This document shows positions 9,577-18,800 of a DNA stretch of 64,000 nt, in pieces. A program made the position numbers and the translations under genes. Where the stretch lies: positions 264,800 through 328,799 of the forward strand of contig CAWDVR010000006.1 of assembly GCA_963805975.1 (NCBI GenBank). Direction: 5' to 3'. Positions within the stretch are counted from its first letter, which is position 1. Each line of letters starts with the position of its first letter. Origin of the DNA: an uncultured Acidobacteriota bacterium (GTDB lineage Bacteria; Acidobacteriota; Thermoanaerobaculia; Multivoradales; SZUA-115). The notes under the pieces were generated by a model. It ran no database searches. It was given only the letters and a program-made list of their open reading frames with translations, and was not told where the DNA came from.

Positions 9577-11266
9577 GCCGGCCAGGCCGCGGCAGCCGCG
9601 GCGAGGAAATACGGGTCTCGTCTTGGGGCCGGGCCTCGTCTTGGGGCCTGGCCTCGCCGCGGGGCGCGCGCCGGCACGCGTGCCACGCCTGCCCGGTCCA
9701 CAGAACCAGCGCCGCGAGGACGGCGAGCGCTCCCACCCAGCCAAGCTTGAAAAGCAGGAAGACATAGAAGTTGTGGATGTAGTTCCGGGGCTCGGCGCCG
9801 TCCCCGGCGAGCGGGCGGTGGAGCACGAAGGTGGCGCCCAGGCCGTGCCCCAGCGCCTGGGTCGTGCGGGTCTCCGCGGAGAGGATGCCGAGGAGCGTGC
9901 GGCTCTCGGCGAGGCGCAGGCGGACCGAGGGATCGGTCAGCGCCGCCGCCACCGGCGAGCGCACCGCGGCGAGCCCGTGAAGCCTCTCGCTCCAGTAGGC
10001 GAGCTGGGCGAGCGCTCCCGCCGCTCCCGCCGGCCCCAGCCGCTCGAGGCGGGGCCGCCGGACCACCCACACGCCCGTGGCTTTTCCCAGGCCGCCGATC
10101 TCGAGATCCGCCTGAGAGCAGCCGGCCGGCAGCGCGCCGATCACCGAGCGTTCGTTCCAGACCGCCGGGCCGCGGGTGGCGAGCGTCAACTGGCTCACGA
10201 CCTTGCCGCCCACGTCCAGGCAGCGCACCGTCAGGCGGCCCCGGCCGGTGCCGGCGGCGCGGGTCTCGGCGGACAGCCGGTAGGCGCCCGGCTCGGGCGC
10301 CGGCAAGGGGCCGACGATCACCCGCGAACCGTGGTTCGAGCGCCAGTGGAAGTGCTCCCTCAGAAGCGCGCCGCCCCCCGGGATCTTGCTCGTGGGGTCC
10401 GCGGCTTCGCGTGCCGCCGCGAGCCAGTCCGGCCGCTGCGCCAGGAACCCCGACCCGAGCCAGCCCATCGCCAGCACCAGGGCGAGCGCTCCCACGCCGG
10501 CGGCCACCAGCCCGCGGCGCCCGCGCCAGGGCGCCTCGCCGGCGGCGAGGAAGAAGAGGGCAGCCGCGAGCGGTGCGGTGGCCCACAGGCCGCGCGTGCC
10601 GGACCCCACGAGATAGACCGCGATCAGCCCGAGCGCGGCTCCAGGCCAGAAACGGGCCCACCGGGAGCGACGATGGAAGGCCTCTCCCGTGGCTGCGAGC
10701 GCCATCAGCAGGGCGGCCAGGGCGGCACCGTCGACCGAGACCGAGTTGTCGAGAAAGAAGCGTTGCGTGGGCGTGCCGCGCCAGGCTGCTAGGCCCCAGT
10801 GGCCGGCGTGCAGGCAGGCCGCGGCGCCGACCGCCAGCGGCAGGGCGGCGCGGAGCGCCCGCCAGCGCGCTGCCGCCGGCACCCCGAGGCCGGCCAGCGC
10901 GCCGAGCGGCAGCAGGGCCATGGACAAGACCTGGCCGGCCAGGAACCCGAGAGGGTTGCCGCGTGCCAGGCCCACCACCGTGCCGAACGCGGCAGCCGCC
11001 GCGTAGAGCGCGAGACCGAGCACCAGGAGCCGGGGCGGAAGCTCGCGGCCCGAGCTGCCGCGGGCAGAGCCGCCGCGCCAGAGCCAGCTCACCGCGCCGA
11101 GCACGAGCAGCACCGCGAGGATGCCCCCGGCCTGGACCCGGAGCGCGGTGCTGAACGGAAGGCCGACCGTGGTGTAGGGCAGGAGCACCGCCACCCCGAC
11201 CGCGGCAGCGAGCCCGCGGCCGTGGCCCTTCGCGTCGTCTTCCGCCTCCGAGAGCGAGCCCACCAT
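9449..11266 (-). CDS. O-antigen ligase (Wzy_C)-family protein with inserted soluble domain; probable frameshift near 9617
   Basis: 'SGTRGLW', 'SVRLRL', 'GHGLG', 'YIHNFYV...KLGWVG' motifs. The last TM helices continue in another frame (DPYFLAAAAAAWPAYAVLAVSS). Confidence 0.8.
   Translation of the reverse strand: MVGSLSEAEDDAKGHGRGLAAAVGVAVLLPYTTVGLPFSTALRVQAGGILAVLLVLGAVSWLWRGGSARGSSGRELPPRLLVLGLALYAAAAAFGTVVGLARGNPLGFLAGQVLSMALLPLGALAGLGVPAAARWRALRAALPLAVGAAACLHAGHWGLAAWRGTPTQRFFLDNSVSVDGAALAALLMALAATGEAFHRRSRWARFWPGAALGLIAVYLVGSGTRGLWATAPLAAALFFLAAGEAPWRGRRGLVAAGVGALALVLAMGWLGSGFLAQRPDWLAAAREAADPTSKIPGGGALLREHFHWRSNHGSRVIVGPLPAPEPGAYRLSAETRAAGTGRGRLTVRCLDVGGKVVSQLTLATRGPAVWNERSVIGALPAGCSQADLEIGGLGKATGVWVVRRPRLERLGPAGAAGALAQLAYWSERLHGLAAVRSPVAAALTDPSVRLRLAESRTLLGILSAETRTTQALGHGLGATFVLHRPLAGDGAEPRNYIHNFYVFLLFKLGWVGALAVLAALVLWTGQAWHACRRAPRGEARPQDEARPQDETRISSPRLPRPGRPTRCWRCPRRRSSTSASPRSWGCCSRRPPALRRRARSRGSSA
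9616..9655. repeat. 18-bp tandem repeat (about 2.3 copies) encoding EARPQD repeats
   Basis: ctcgtcttggggccgggc / ctcgtcttggggcctggc / ctcg read directly. Confidence 0.8.
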
Positions 11267-11319
11267 GAGTGCGAGTCTATCGGGTGGTTCGATGGCCCGA
11301 TGGTACGATCCGCGCCGCA

Positions 11320-12270
11320 ATGGCAGGAGAGCGCCTGAAGATCGTCCTCACCGGCGGCGCCGGCTTCATCGGCTCCCACCTCGCGGAAGCTTTCGTTGCC
11401 GCCGGTCATCGCGTGGTGGTGATCGACGACCTGTCGAGCGGCCGGCGCGAGAATTTGCCACTTGGGCCGCCGGGCGCCGAGCTCCACGTCCTCGACATCC
11501 GCTCGCCGGAGGCCGCCGAGCTGGTGGCCGGCTCCGGCGCCGACGTGCTGGTCCACCACGCGGCGCAGATGGAGGTGCGGCGCTCGGTGGAGGAGCCGGC
11601 CTATGACGCCGAGGTCAACATCCTGGGCACTCTGAACCTGCTCGAGGCGGTGCGGCGCGGTGGCGTGAAGCAGGTCGTCTTCGCCTCGACCGGCGGCGCG
11701 GTCTACGGCGAGCAGGATCGTTTTCCGGCGGACGAGGATCATCCCACTCGCCCGCTCTCGCCGTACGGCGTCGCCAAGCTGGCGGTGGAGCGCTACCTCT
11801 TCGTCTACCACCAGGCCTACGGGCTCGACGCCGTCTGCCTGCGCTACGCCAACGTCTACGGCGAGCGCCAGAACCCGCACGGCGAGGCCGGCGTGGTGGC
11901 GATCTTTCTCAACCTTCTCCTCGCCGGCCGCGCGCCGGTGATCCACGGCGACGGCTTGCAGACCCGCGACTACGTTCACGTTTCGGACGTGGTGCAGGCC
12001 AACCTCGCCGCCCTCGGCCGGCCCGGCTTCGGGATCTACAACGTCGGCACCGGCCTCGAGATCACCGTCGTCGAGCTCGCCGAGCACCTGCGCCAGGCGG
12101 TGGGCACCGACCTGGTACCGAGCCACGGCCCGGCCAAGAAGGGCGAGCAGCGGCGCTCCGTCGTCGACCCCGGCCGCATCCAGCGCGAGCTGGGCGCGCC
12201 CCCCCCGCTACCCCTGGCCGAGGGGCTGGCGCGGACCGCGACGTGGTTCCGGGAGCGGGCGAGACCCTGA
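11320..12270 (+). CDS. UDP-glucose 4-epimerase-like NAD-dependent epimerase
   Basis: TGGAGFIGSH, STGGAVYG, YGVAK, 'LRYANVYGERQNPHGEAGVV'. Confidence 0.93.
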   Translation: MAGERLKIVLTGGAGFIGSHLAEAFVAAGHRVVVIDDLSSGRRENLPLGPPGAELHVLDIRSPEAAELVAGSGADVLVHHAAQMEVRRSVEEPAYDAEVNILGTLNLLEAVRRGGVKQVVFASTGGAVYGEQDRFPADEDHPTRPLSPYGVAKLAVERYLFVYHQAYGLDAVCLRYANVYGERQNPHGEAGVVAIFLNLLLAGRAPVIHGDGLQTRDYVHVSDVVQANLAALGRPGFGIYNVGTGLEITVVELAEHLRQAVGTDLVPSHGPAKKGEQRRSVVDPGRIQRELGAPPPLPLAEGLARTATWFRERARP

Positions 12271-12298
12271 GCGACTCACGACGAGCTGCTGGCCAGGA

Positions 12299-12601
12299 TC
12301 AACGCCGCCGCCAATAGCCGGGCCGTCGCTTGTGATGCGCGACCGCCACGACCTCGATGTCGTCGGCATTCCGTACTCGGTAGATCAGTGAGTAGGGGTA
12401 TTGGTTGGGAAAGAGATACCGCCGGCAGCCGTGGCGGTGTAGTTGCCACCGCTCAGGTGCCTCTACAACTGCGGTGACCGCTTGGTTCAGCAAAAGCAAG
12501 AAGCCGGAGGCAGCCAAGGGACTGCGCTGAGCAAACCAGTCGCGCGCTTCCTCCGCTTCCGCGGCGGCCTCGGGATGCCACCTTGGGTCAGGTGGGATCA
12601 C
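12299..12601 (-). CDS. RelE/ParE-family toxin
   Basis: 'HPEAAAE', 'YPYSLIYR', 'VVAVAHHKRRPGYW' signature. Confidence 0.88.
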   Translation of the reverse strand: MIPPDPRWHPEAAAEAEEARDWFAQRSPLAASGFLLLLNQAVTAVVEAPERWQLHRHGCRRYLFPNQYPYSLIYRVRNADDIEVVAVAHHKRRPGYWRRR

Positions 12602-12833
12602 GGGACAGGCGCCGCTTCACCTCGGACCAAGGGATGGTCTCAACGATACCTGCGTCCAGCTGGACGATCCGCCGCCCAATCTCGGCGTCCCATGCCTCGT
12701 CGACTCCCGTCTCGCGTTCCGCGTAGAGGCTCTCGATCAACGCCCCTGCGACCGAGGCTCGGTCCTTTTCCTCCAGGGTGAGCGCATGCTCGAGAAGCTC
12801 TTCAGCGGCTGGGCTGAGGGTCGCGGCACTCAT
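12588..12833 (-). CDS. Addiction-module antitoxin (unstable antitoxin type)
   Basis: 81-aa acidic protein 'AWDAEIGRR...IPWSEVK' overlapping the toxin start. Confidence 0.85.
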   Translation of the reverse strand: MSAATLSPAAEELLEHALTLEEKDRASVAGALIESLYAERETGVDEAWDAEIGRRIVQLDAGIVETIPWSEVKRRLSRDPT

Positions 12834-12883
12834 GCTTTGAAGTATAGCGCCCGGTCGGTCAGCGGCACAGATCCTTCCAGTGC

Positions 12884-14557
12884 TTACCGCATCCCCACCA
12901 CCTGCCCGTCCACCAGATCGATCTCCTCGGCCTGGGGGGTGGCGGGGAGGCCGGGCATGCGGAGGAGGGTGCCCAGGAGCGGCACCATGTAGCCGGCGCC
13001 GGCGGCGAGCACCACGTTCCTCACCTGCACTTCGAAGTCGCGTGGCCGGTTGACCTTCTTGGGGTCGTCGGAGAGCGAGCTCTGAGTCTTGGCCATGCAG
13101 ACCGCCAGGCCCTCGTAGCCCAGGCGACGCACCATGTCGAGATCCTTCTCGGCGGCCGGGGCGTAGGTCACGCCCTTGGCGCCGTACATGGCGCGGGCGA
13201 TGGCCTCGATCTTCGCCTTCGGCGGGTCGCTCCAGGCGTAGAGCGGCGTGAAGGGCTTGCTCTCGCGCTCGGCGTGCGCGACCACCGTGCGGGCGAGCTC
13301 GGCTGCGCCCTCGCCGCCCTCGGCGAAGCCGTCGCAGACCGCGAACGGTGCGTCCAGCGCCGCCGCGGCGCGCCGCACCACCTCGATCTCCTCCTCGCTG
13401 TCGGTCGCGAAACGGTTGAGCGTGACGATCACGGTCTCGCCGAAGGTGCGCATGTTCTCGACGTGCTTCTCGAGGTTGGGCAGGCCGCGCTCGACCGCCG
13501 CCGGGTCCGGCGCCGAGAGGGCCGTCTTGGGCGTGCCGCCGTGGCGTTTGAGCGCCCGCGCCGTGGTCACCACCACCACCGCCGCGGTGTCGAGGCCGGC
13601 GCCCGCGCACTTGATGTCGAAGAACTTCTCGGCGCCGAGGTCCGAGGCGAAGCCGGCCTCGGTCACCGCCCAGTCGGCGTGGGCGAGGGCCATGCGCGTG
13701 GCGAGCACCGAGTTGCAGCCGTGGGCGATGTTGGCGAACGGACCGCCGTGCACGAAGGCGGGCACGCCCTCGGCGGTCTGCACCAGGTTGGGCGCCAGCG
13801 CGTCCTTGAGCACCACCATCATCGCGCCCACGGCTTTGAGGTCGGCGGCGGTCACCGGCTCGCCGCTGGGCCGCAGGCCGACGATCAGCCGCGACAGGCG
13901 GGCGCGCAGGTCCTCGTAGCCCTCGGCCAGGCAGAGCACCGCCATCACCTCGGAGGCGGGAGTGATGTCGAAGCCCGTCTCGCGCGGCACGCCCTCGGCC
14001 GCGCCGCCCAGGCCCACGATCACCTGGCGCAGAGCGCGGTCGTTGAGGTCGATCACCCGCCGCCACAGGGTCCGCCGCGGGTCGAGCCCGAGGGCGTTGC
14101 CGTGGTGGAGGTGGTTGTCGTAGATCGCCGCCAGCAGGTTGTGCGCGGTCGAGATGGCGTGGAAGTCGCCGGTGAAGTGGAGGTTGATGTCCTCGGCCGG
14201 CACCAGCACGGACTTGCCGCCGCCCGTAGCGCCGCCCTTGAGGCCGAAGGTGGGGCCGAGCGAGGGCTCGCGCAGCGCCAGGCAGGCGCTCTCGCCGATC
14301 TTCGCCAGGCCCTGGGCGAGTGAGATCGAGGTCGTGGTCTTGCCCTCGCCGGCGTCCGTGGGGGTGATCGCCGTCACCAGCACCAACCGTCCTGTCCGCG
14401 AGCGCTCCGCCAGCGCCTCGAGCCGGACCTTGGCCTTGAGATCGCCATAGGGCACCAGATGGCGGCGGTCGATGCCGAGGCGATCGGCGACCTCGGTGAT
14501 GGGCGAGGCCCCCGAGGCAGGCAAGGCCCCCCATTCAGGCAAAGGAGTAGCGGTCAT
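12884..14557 (-). CDS. fhs: Formate--tetrahydrofolate ligase
   Basis: 'TPTDAGEGKTT', 'INLHFTGDFHAI', 'HGGPFANIAHG', 'MPGLP'. Confidence 0.97.
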   Translation of the reverse strand: MTATPLPEWGALPASGASPITEVADRLGIDRRHLVPYGDLKAKVRLEALAERSRTGRLVLVTAITPTDAGEGKTTTSISLAQGLAKIGESACLALREPSLGPTFGLKGGATGGGKSVLVPAEDINLHFTGDFHAISTAHNLLAAIYDNHLHHGNALGLDPRRTLWRRVIDLNDRALRQVIVGLGGAAEGVPRETGFDITPASEVMAVLCLAEGYEDLRARLSRLIVGLRPSGEPVTAADLKAVGAMMVVLKDALAPNLVQTAEGVPAFVHGGPFANIAHGCNSVLATRMALAHADWAVTEAGFASDLGAEKFFDIKCAGAGLDTAAVVVVTTARALKRHGGTPKTALSAPDPAAVERGLPNLEKHVENMRTFGETVIVTLNRFATDSEEEIEVVRRAAAALDAPFAVCDGFAEGGEGAAELARTVVAHAERESKPFTPLYAWSDPPKAKIEAIARAMYGAKGVTYAPAAEKDLDMVRRLGYEGLAVCMAKTQSSLSDDPKKVNRPRDFEVQVRNVVLAAGAGYMVPLLGTLLRMPGLPATPQAEEIDLVDGQVVGMR

Positions 14558-14608
14558 CGGTCCTCCGAGGCGGAAAAGGCTTCCGGTGGCGGGATTGCCG
14601 CGCGAAGA

Positions 14609-15796
14609 CTAGCCGAGCCGCCTGGAAGGTGCCAGAGGCGACGGCTGCTCATACCCCGTCATCTCTACATACCCGAAGCCGAAGATCGGCCGGCCGGCGC
14701 TCGTGCCCTCGATGGCCACTGCACCCTCCCAGTAGCGGAGCGCCAGATCCAGCTCCTGGCCTGCGAGGAGCGGGGTCAGCGTCAGCTCCAGGCCCTCCGC
14801 CGGCAGGGTGAGCCGCCAGCGCGCGGGATAGCGGCCTCCCGTGGCGGGGCTGGTCCAGAAGTCCAGAGCCTCGAGCCCGACCGTGGAGTAGTCGAGCGGG
14901 CGCGCGCTGCCGTCGGCCTCGATCAGCGTGCCGGCGCTCGCCGGGTCGGCCGAGCCGTCCCGCCGCCGCAATCGATAGAGCATGAGGTCCCGCCCGTCCG
15001 CGAGCTGGAGCGAGAACCAGTCCCAGCCGACCTGGTTCGCCGCCAGCGCGCTGGTGGACCACTCGCGGTCCATCCAGGCGAGGCCGGCGACCACGTACCG
15101 GCGCCCCTCGACCTCGACCGTGCCGCGCGCCGGCAGGCGGGTGAAGGAGTAGTAGTACGAGGCGTTGCCGGGTCCACCGCCCTTGAACGACAGGCCACGG
15201 TCCCCTTGCAGAACCGGCGGCTTGCCGGCAGCGAGCTCGAGGTCGATCGCCACCCCGCCCTCGGCGGCGCGCAGGCGGATCGGCGGCACGTCGTTCCCGC
15301 TGTCGGCCACCCAATCGGCGGTCCAGACGCGGAAGGGGGAGCCTTGGGCGCCGGCCAGCCCGAGGGCGGCGCGCGAGAAGCGCTCGAAAGCATGGAAGCG
15401 TTCCCCGGCAACGTCGGTCACCGTGAAGTGGGCCATGTACACCTCGTTCGCGGCCCAGCCCGAGGCCCGCTCGGCCGGCCGGGGGGTGAGCTGGTTGCGA
15501 AAGAAGGTGAGCTGGAAGCCGAAGCGACGGGCCCCTTCGCCGCCTGCCGCGGGCGCCTCGAGGTTGCCCGTGAAGTACCACCACTCGTTGCGGAAGCCGG
15601 GGTGCGGGCCGTGATCTCCGGGGAACGTGAACTCTCGCGGCGTCAGCGCGCGCTCGTAACCCTCGGCGCTGCCCGAGAGCGCGTCGGCGACCGACAGCGA
15701 CGCCTCGACCTCCGGTGGACGGCCGGCCGGTGAGCAGGCGAACAGGAATGCCCACGCGAGCACTGTGGTGGCGGCAAGGCGCGAGGAGGTGGGCAA
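14609..15796 (-). CDS. AttH/CrtC-like lipocalin-domain lipoprotein
   Basis: Lipobox LFAC; 'DHGPHPGFRNEWWYFTGNL', 'WMDREWS', 'YWEGAV', 'GYVEMTGY'. Confidence 0.9.
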   Translation of the reverse strand: MPTSSRLAATTVLAWAFLFACSPAGRPPEVEASLSVADALSGSAEGYERALTPREFTFPGDHGPHPGFRNEWWYFTGNLEAPAAGGEGARRFGFQLTFFRNQLTPRPAERASGWAANEVYMAHFTVTDVAGERFHAFERFSRAALGLAGAQGSPFRVWTADWVADSGNDVPPIRLRAAEGGVAIDLELAAGKPPVLQGDRGLSFKGGGPGNASYYYSFTRLPARGTVEVEGRRYVVAGLAWMDREWSTSALAANQVGWDWFSLQLADGRDLMLYRLRRRDGSADPASAGTLIEADGSARPLDYSTVGLEALDFWTSPATGGRYPARWRLTLPAEGLELTLTPLLAGQELDLALRYWEGAVAIEGTSAGRPIFGFGYVEMTGYEQPSPLAPSRRLG

Positions 15797-15869
15797 GGGT
15801 AGAACCCCGGTCGGCGGCCGGAAGAGGCGACCGCCTCCTCCGAGACCGCGTGTTCTACCACCAAGCGCC

Positions 15870-18800
15870 TTAGGCGCGCGCGCCGGCCGCGCGCAGCCGC
15901 CACCAACCCGCCACCATCAGGAGGAGCGCCAGGGCCATGAGCATCCATCCCGAGAGAGTGGGTATCTCGACCCCGGAAGAAGCTCCGACCGGGATAGCGA
16001 TCTCTGCCGTGCACCGCAACTCGGCCGGGCAGCCCAGATCGCCTCCGCCTTGCGTGCTGGCGGAATTGGCCAGCACCTGGCCCTCGGCGCTGGCTTGCGC
16101 CGTGACGGTGATCGAGAGCGGTGTGGAGGCTCCGCCATTCGCTGCCAGGACCTGGGCCGTGGTGCAGGTCACGGTCTGACCGCTGATCGTGCAGCTCCAA
16201 CCCGGCCCGCCGGCACCGTTGACCGCCAACCCGCCCGGCACCGGATCGGTGACCGTGATGATGCCGCTGGTCGCCAGGGTGCCGAGGTTGGTCACCACCA
16301 GCGAGTAGTCGGCGGACTGGCCCACTTCGAGCTCGGCGGGCCCCTGCTTGAGGAGGCTCAAGGCCGGCGCATCGACCGGGGCGCCGGTCGAGTCGTTGCA
16401 CCGCTCCGCTCCCGGACAGCCCGGATCGCCGCCGCCGTCGACGGTCGCCGAGTTGGAGAGCGATTGCCCAGCGGCACCCGGCTGGGGAGTGACGTTGATG
16501 GTGATCGGCGTCGCGGCGCCGCCCCCGGCCGCCAGCACCTGATTGGTGGTGCAGACGACGGTCTGGTTGCCGATCACACAGGCCCAGGCGGGGCCGCTGG
16601 CGTTGTTGATCGTCAGGCCGCCCGGAATGGGATCGGTGATCGTGATGGTGCCGCTGGTCGCCGCCGTGCCGGTGTTGGTCACTTGCAGCACATAGTCCGC
16701 CGGCTGGCCCACCACCAGGGCAGAGGGGCCTTGCTTGACGAGGGCGAGCGCCGGCGCATCGACCGGCGTGCCCGTCGAGTCGTTGCACCGCTCCGCACCG
16801 GGGCAGCCGGGATCACCGCCGCCACCGACGGTAGCCGTGTTGGAAAGGACTTGTCCGTTGGCGCCGGGAAGCGGTGTGACGGTGATCGTGATCAAGGGTG
16901 CCACGCCGCCGTTGGCCGCCAGCTCCTGGCTGGTGGTGCAGGTGACGGTCTGGCCCACGATCGCACAGGCCCAGCCGGTGCCGGTGGCGCTCCCGATGCT
17001 CAAGCCGCCGGGCACCGGATCGGTGACCGTGATGATGTCGAAGGTCGCCGCCGTGCCGGTGTTGGTGACCTCCAGGGTGTAGTCCGCCGGTTGGCCCACC
17101 ACCAGAGCGGCCGGACCCTGCTTGACGATGGCGAGCGCGGGCGCCTGGACCGGGGAGGTGGTGGTGGACCCGCAACGCTCCTCGGCCGGACAGCCGGGAT
17201 CGCCGCCGCCGCTCGCGCTGGCCGAGTTCGCGAGCGATTGCCCCTCGGCGCTGGGCAACGGCGTGACGTTGATGGCGATCACCGGCGCCACGCCACCGTT
17301 GGCCACCAGCACCTGCGAGGTGGTGCAGGTGACGGTCTGCCCCGCGACTGCGCAGGCCCAGCCGGCGCCGGTCGCGAGGTTGATGCTCAAGCCGCCCGGC
17401 ACGGCGTCGACCACCGTGATCGTGCCGCTGGTGCTGGCCGAGCCCTGGTTGGTCAGTTGCAACGTGTAGTCCACTGCCTGGCCGACCACGAAGGCGGAGG
17501 GCCCCTGTTTCTCGAGCTCCAGCGCCGGCGCCTCGACCGGCACGGTGAGGCCGCCCCCGCAGCGCGGGTCCGCGGGGCAGTCGGGGTCACCACCGCCGCT
17601 GGCGGTGGCCGAGTTGGCAAGCTGCTGGCCGTTGGCGCTGGCCTGCGGCGTGACATCGATCACGATGTCCGGGGCCTGACCGCCATTCGCCGCCAGCACC
17701 TGCGCCGTGGTGCAGGTGACGGTTTGAGCGGCGATGCCGCAGGTCCAGCCCGGGCCGCCGGCGTTGTCGATGGTCAGACCGGCGGGGACGGAATCGGTGA
17801 CGGTGATGGTGCCCGAGGTGGGGGCCGTACCGTTGTTCGTCACCTCCAGGGCGTAGCTCGCCGCCTGACCGACCACGAAGGCGGAAGGGCCGCTCTTCGC
17901 CAGGGCCAGAGCCGGCGCCTCCACCGGTCCGCTGAAGCTGCCGCTGCATCGCGGCGCGCCGGGGCAGCCCGCATCGCCGCCGCCGCTCGCGGTGGCGGTG
18001 TTGGTGAGCGACTGGCCGTTGGCACTGGCGTCCGGGGTCACGTTGATGGTGATCACGGGCGCCGCGCCGCCGCTCGCGACCAGCACGAAGGGGGTGGTAC
18101 AGGTCACGGTCTGGCCCGCCACGTTGCAGGTCCAGCCGCTGCCGCTCGCACTGTTGATGGTCAGGCCGCCCGGCAGGGGATCGCTCACCGTGATGGTGCC
18201 GCTGGTGGCCGCCGTACCGGTGTTGGTCACCTGCAGGGTGTAGTCCGCCGGCTGGCCGACGATCAGGGCGGCCGGCCCCTGCTTCACCAGGGTGAGCGCC
18301 GGCTCGTTGACCGGTGTGGTGACGCCGCTGTTGCAGTGGGAGTCGGCCGGACACGAGGGGTCGCCGCCGCCGCTGGCGCTGGCCGTGTTGGTGACCTGCG
18401 TGCCGCCGGTAGAGGCCTGCGGCGTGACGCTGAGGAGGATGACGGGTGCGGCGCCGCCGTTGGCGGAGAGCACCACGGGCGTGGTGCAGGTGACGGTCTG
18501 GCTGACCACGTTGCAGGTCCAGCCGCTGCCGCCGGCGCTGCCGATGGTCAGGCCGGCCGGCACGGTGTCGGTCACCGTGATGGTGGCGCTGGTGGCCGCG
18601 GTGCCGTTGTTGGTCACTTGCAGCGAGTAGGTCGCCGCCTGGCCGACCACCAGGGCCGGCGGGCCCTGCTTCACCAGGGTCAGGGTCGGGCCGTTGACCG
18701 GGGTCGAGGTGCCGCTGTTGCAACGCGTGGCTGCCGGGCACTCGCTGTCGCCGCCGCCGCTGGCGCTCGCCGTGTTGGCCACCTGCGTGCCGGCGGTGGG

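Noticed and set aside
14558-14608. Riboswitch (THF/ZMP) upstream of fhs
   Set aside because: Only about 50 nt intergenic and no recognisable aptamer.
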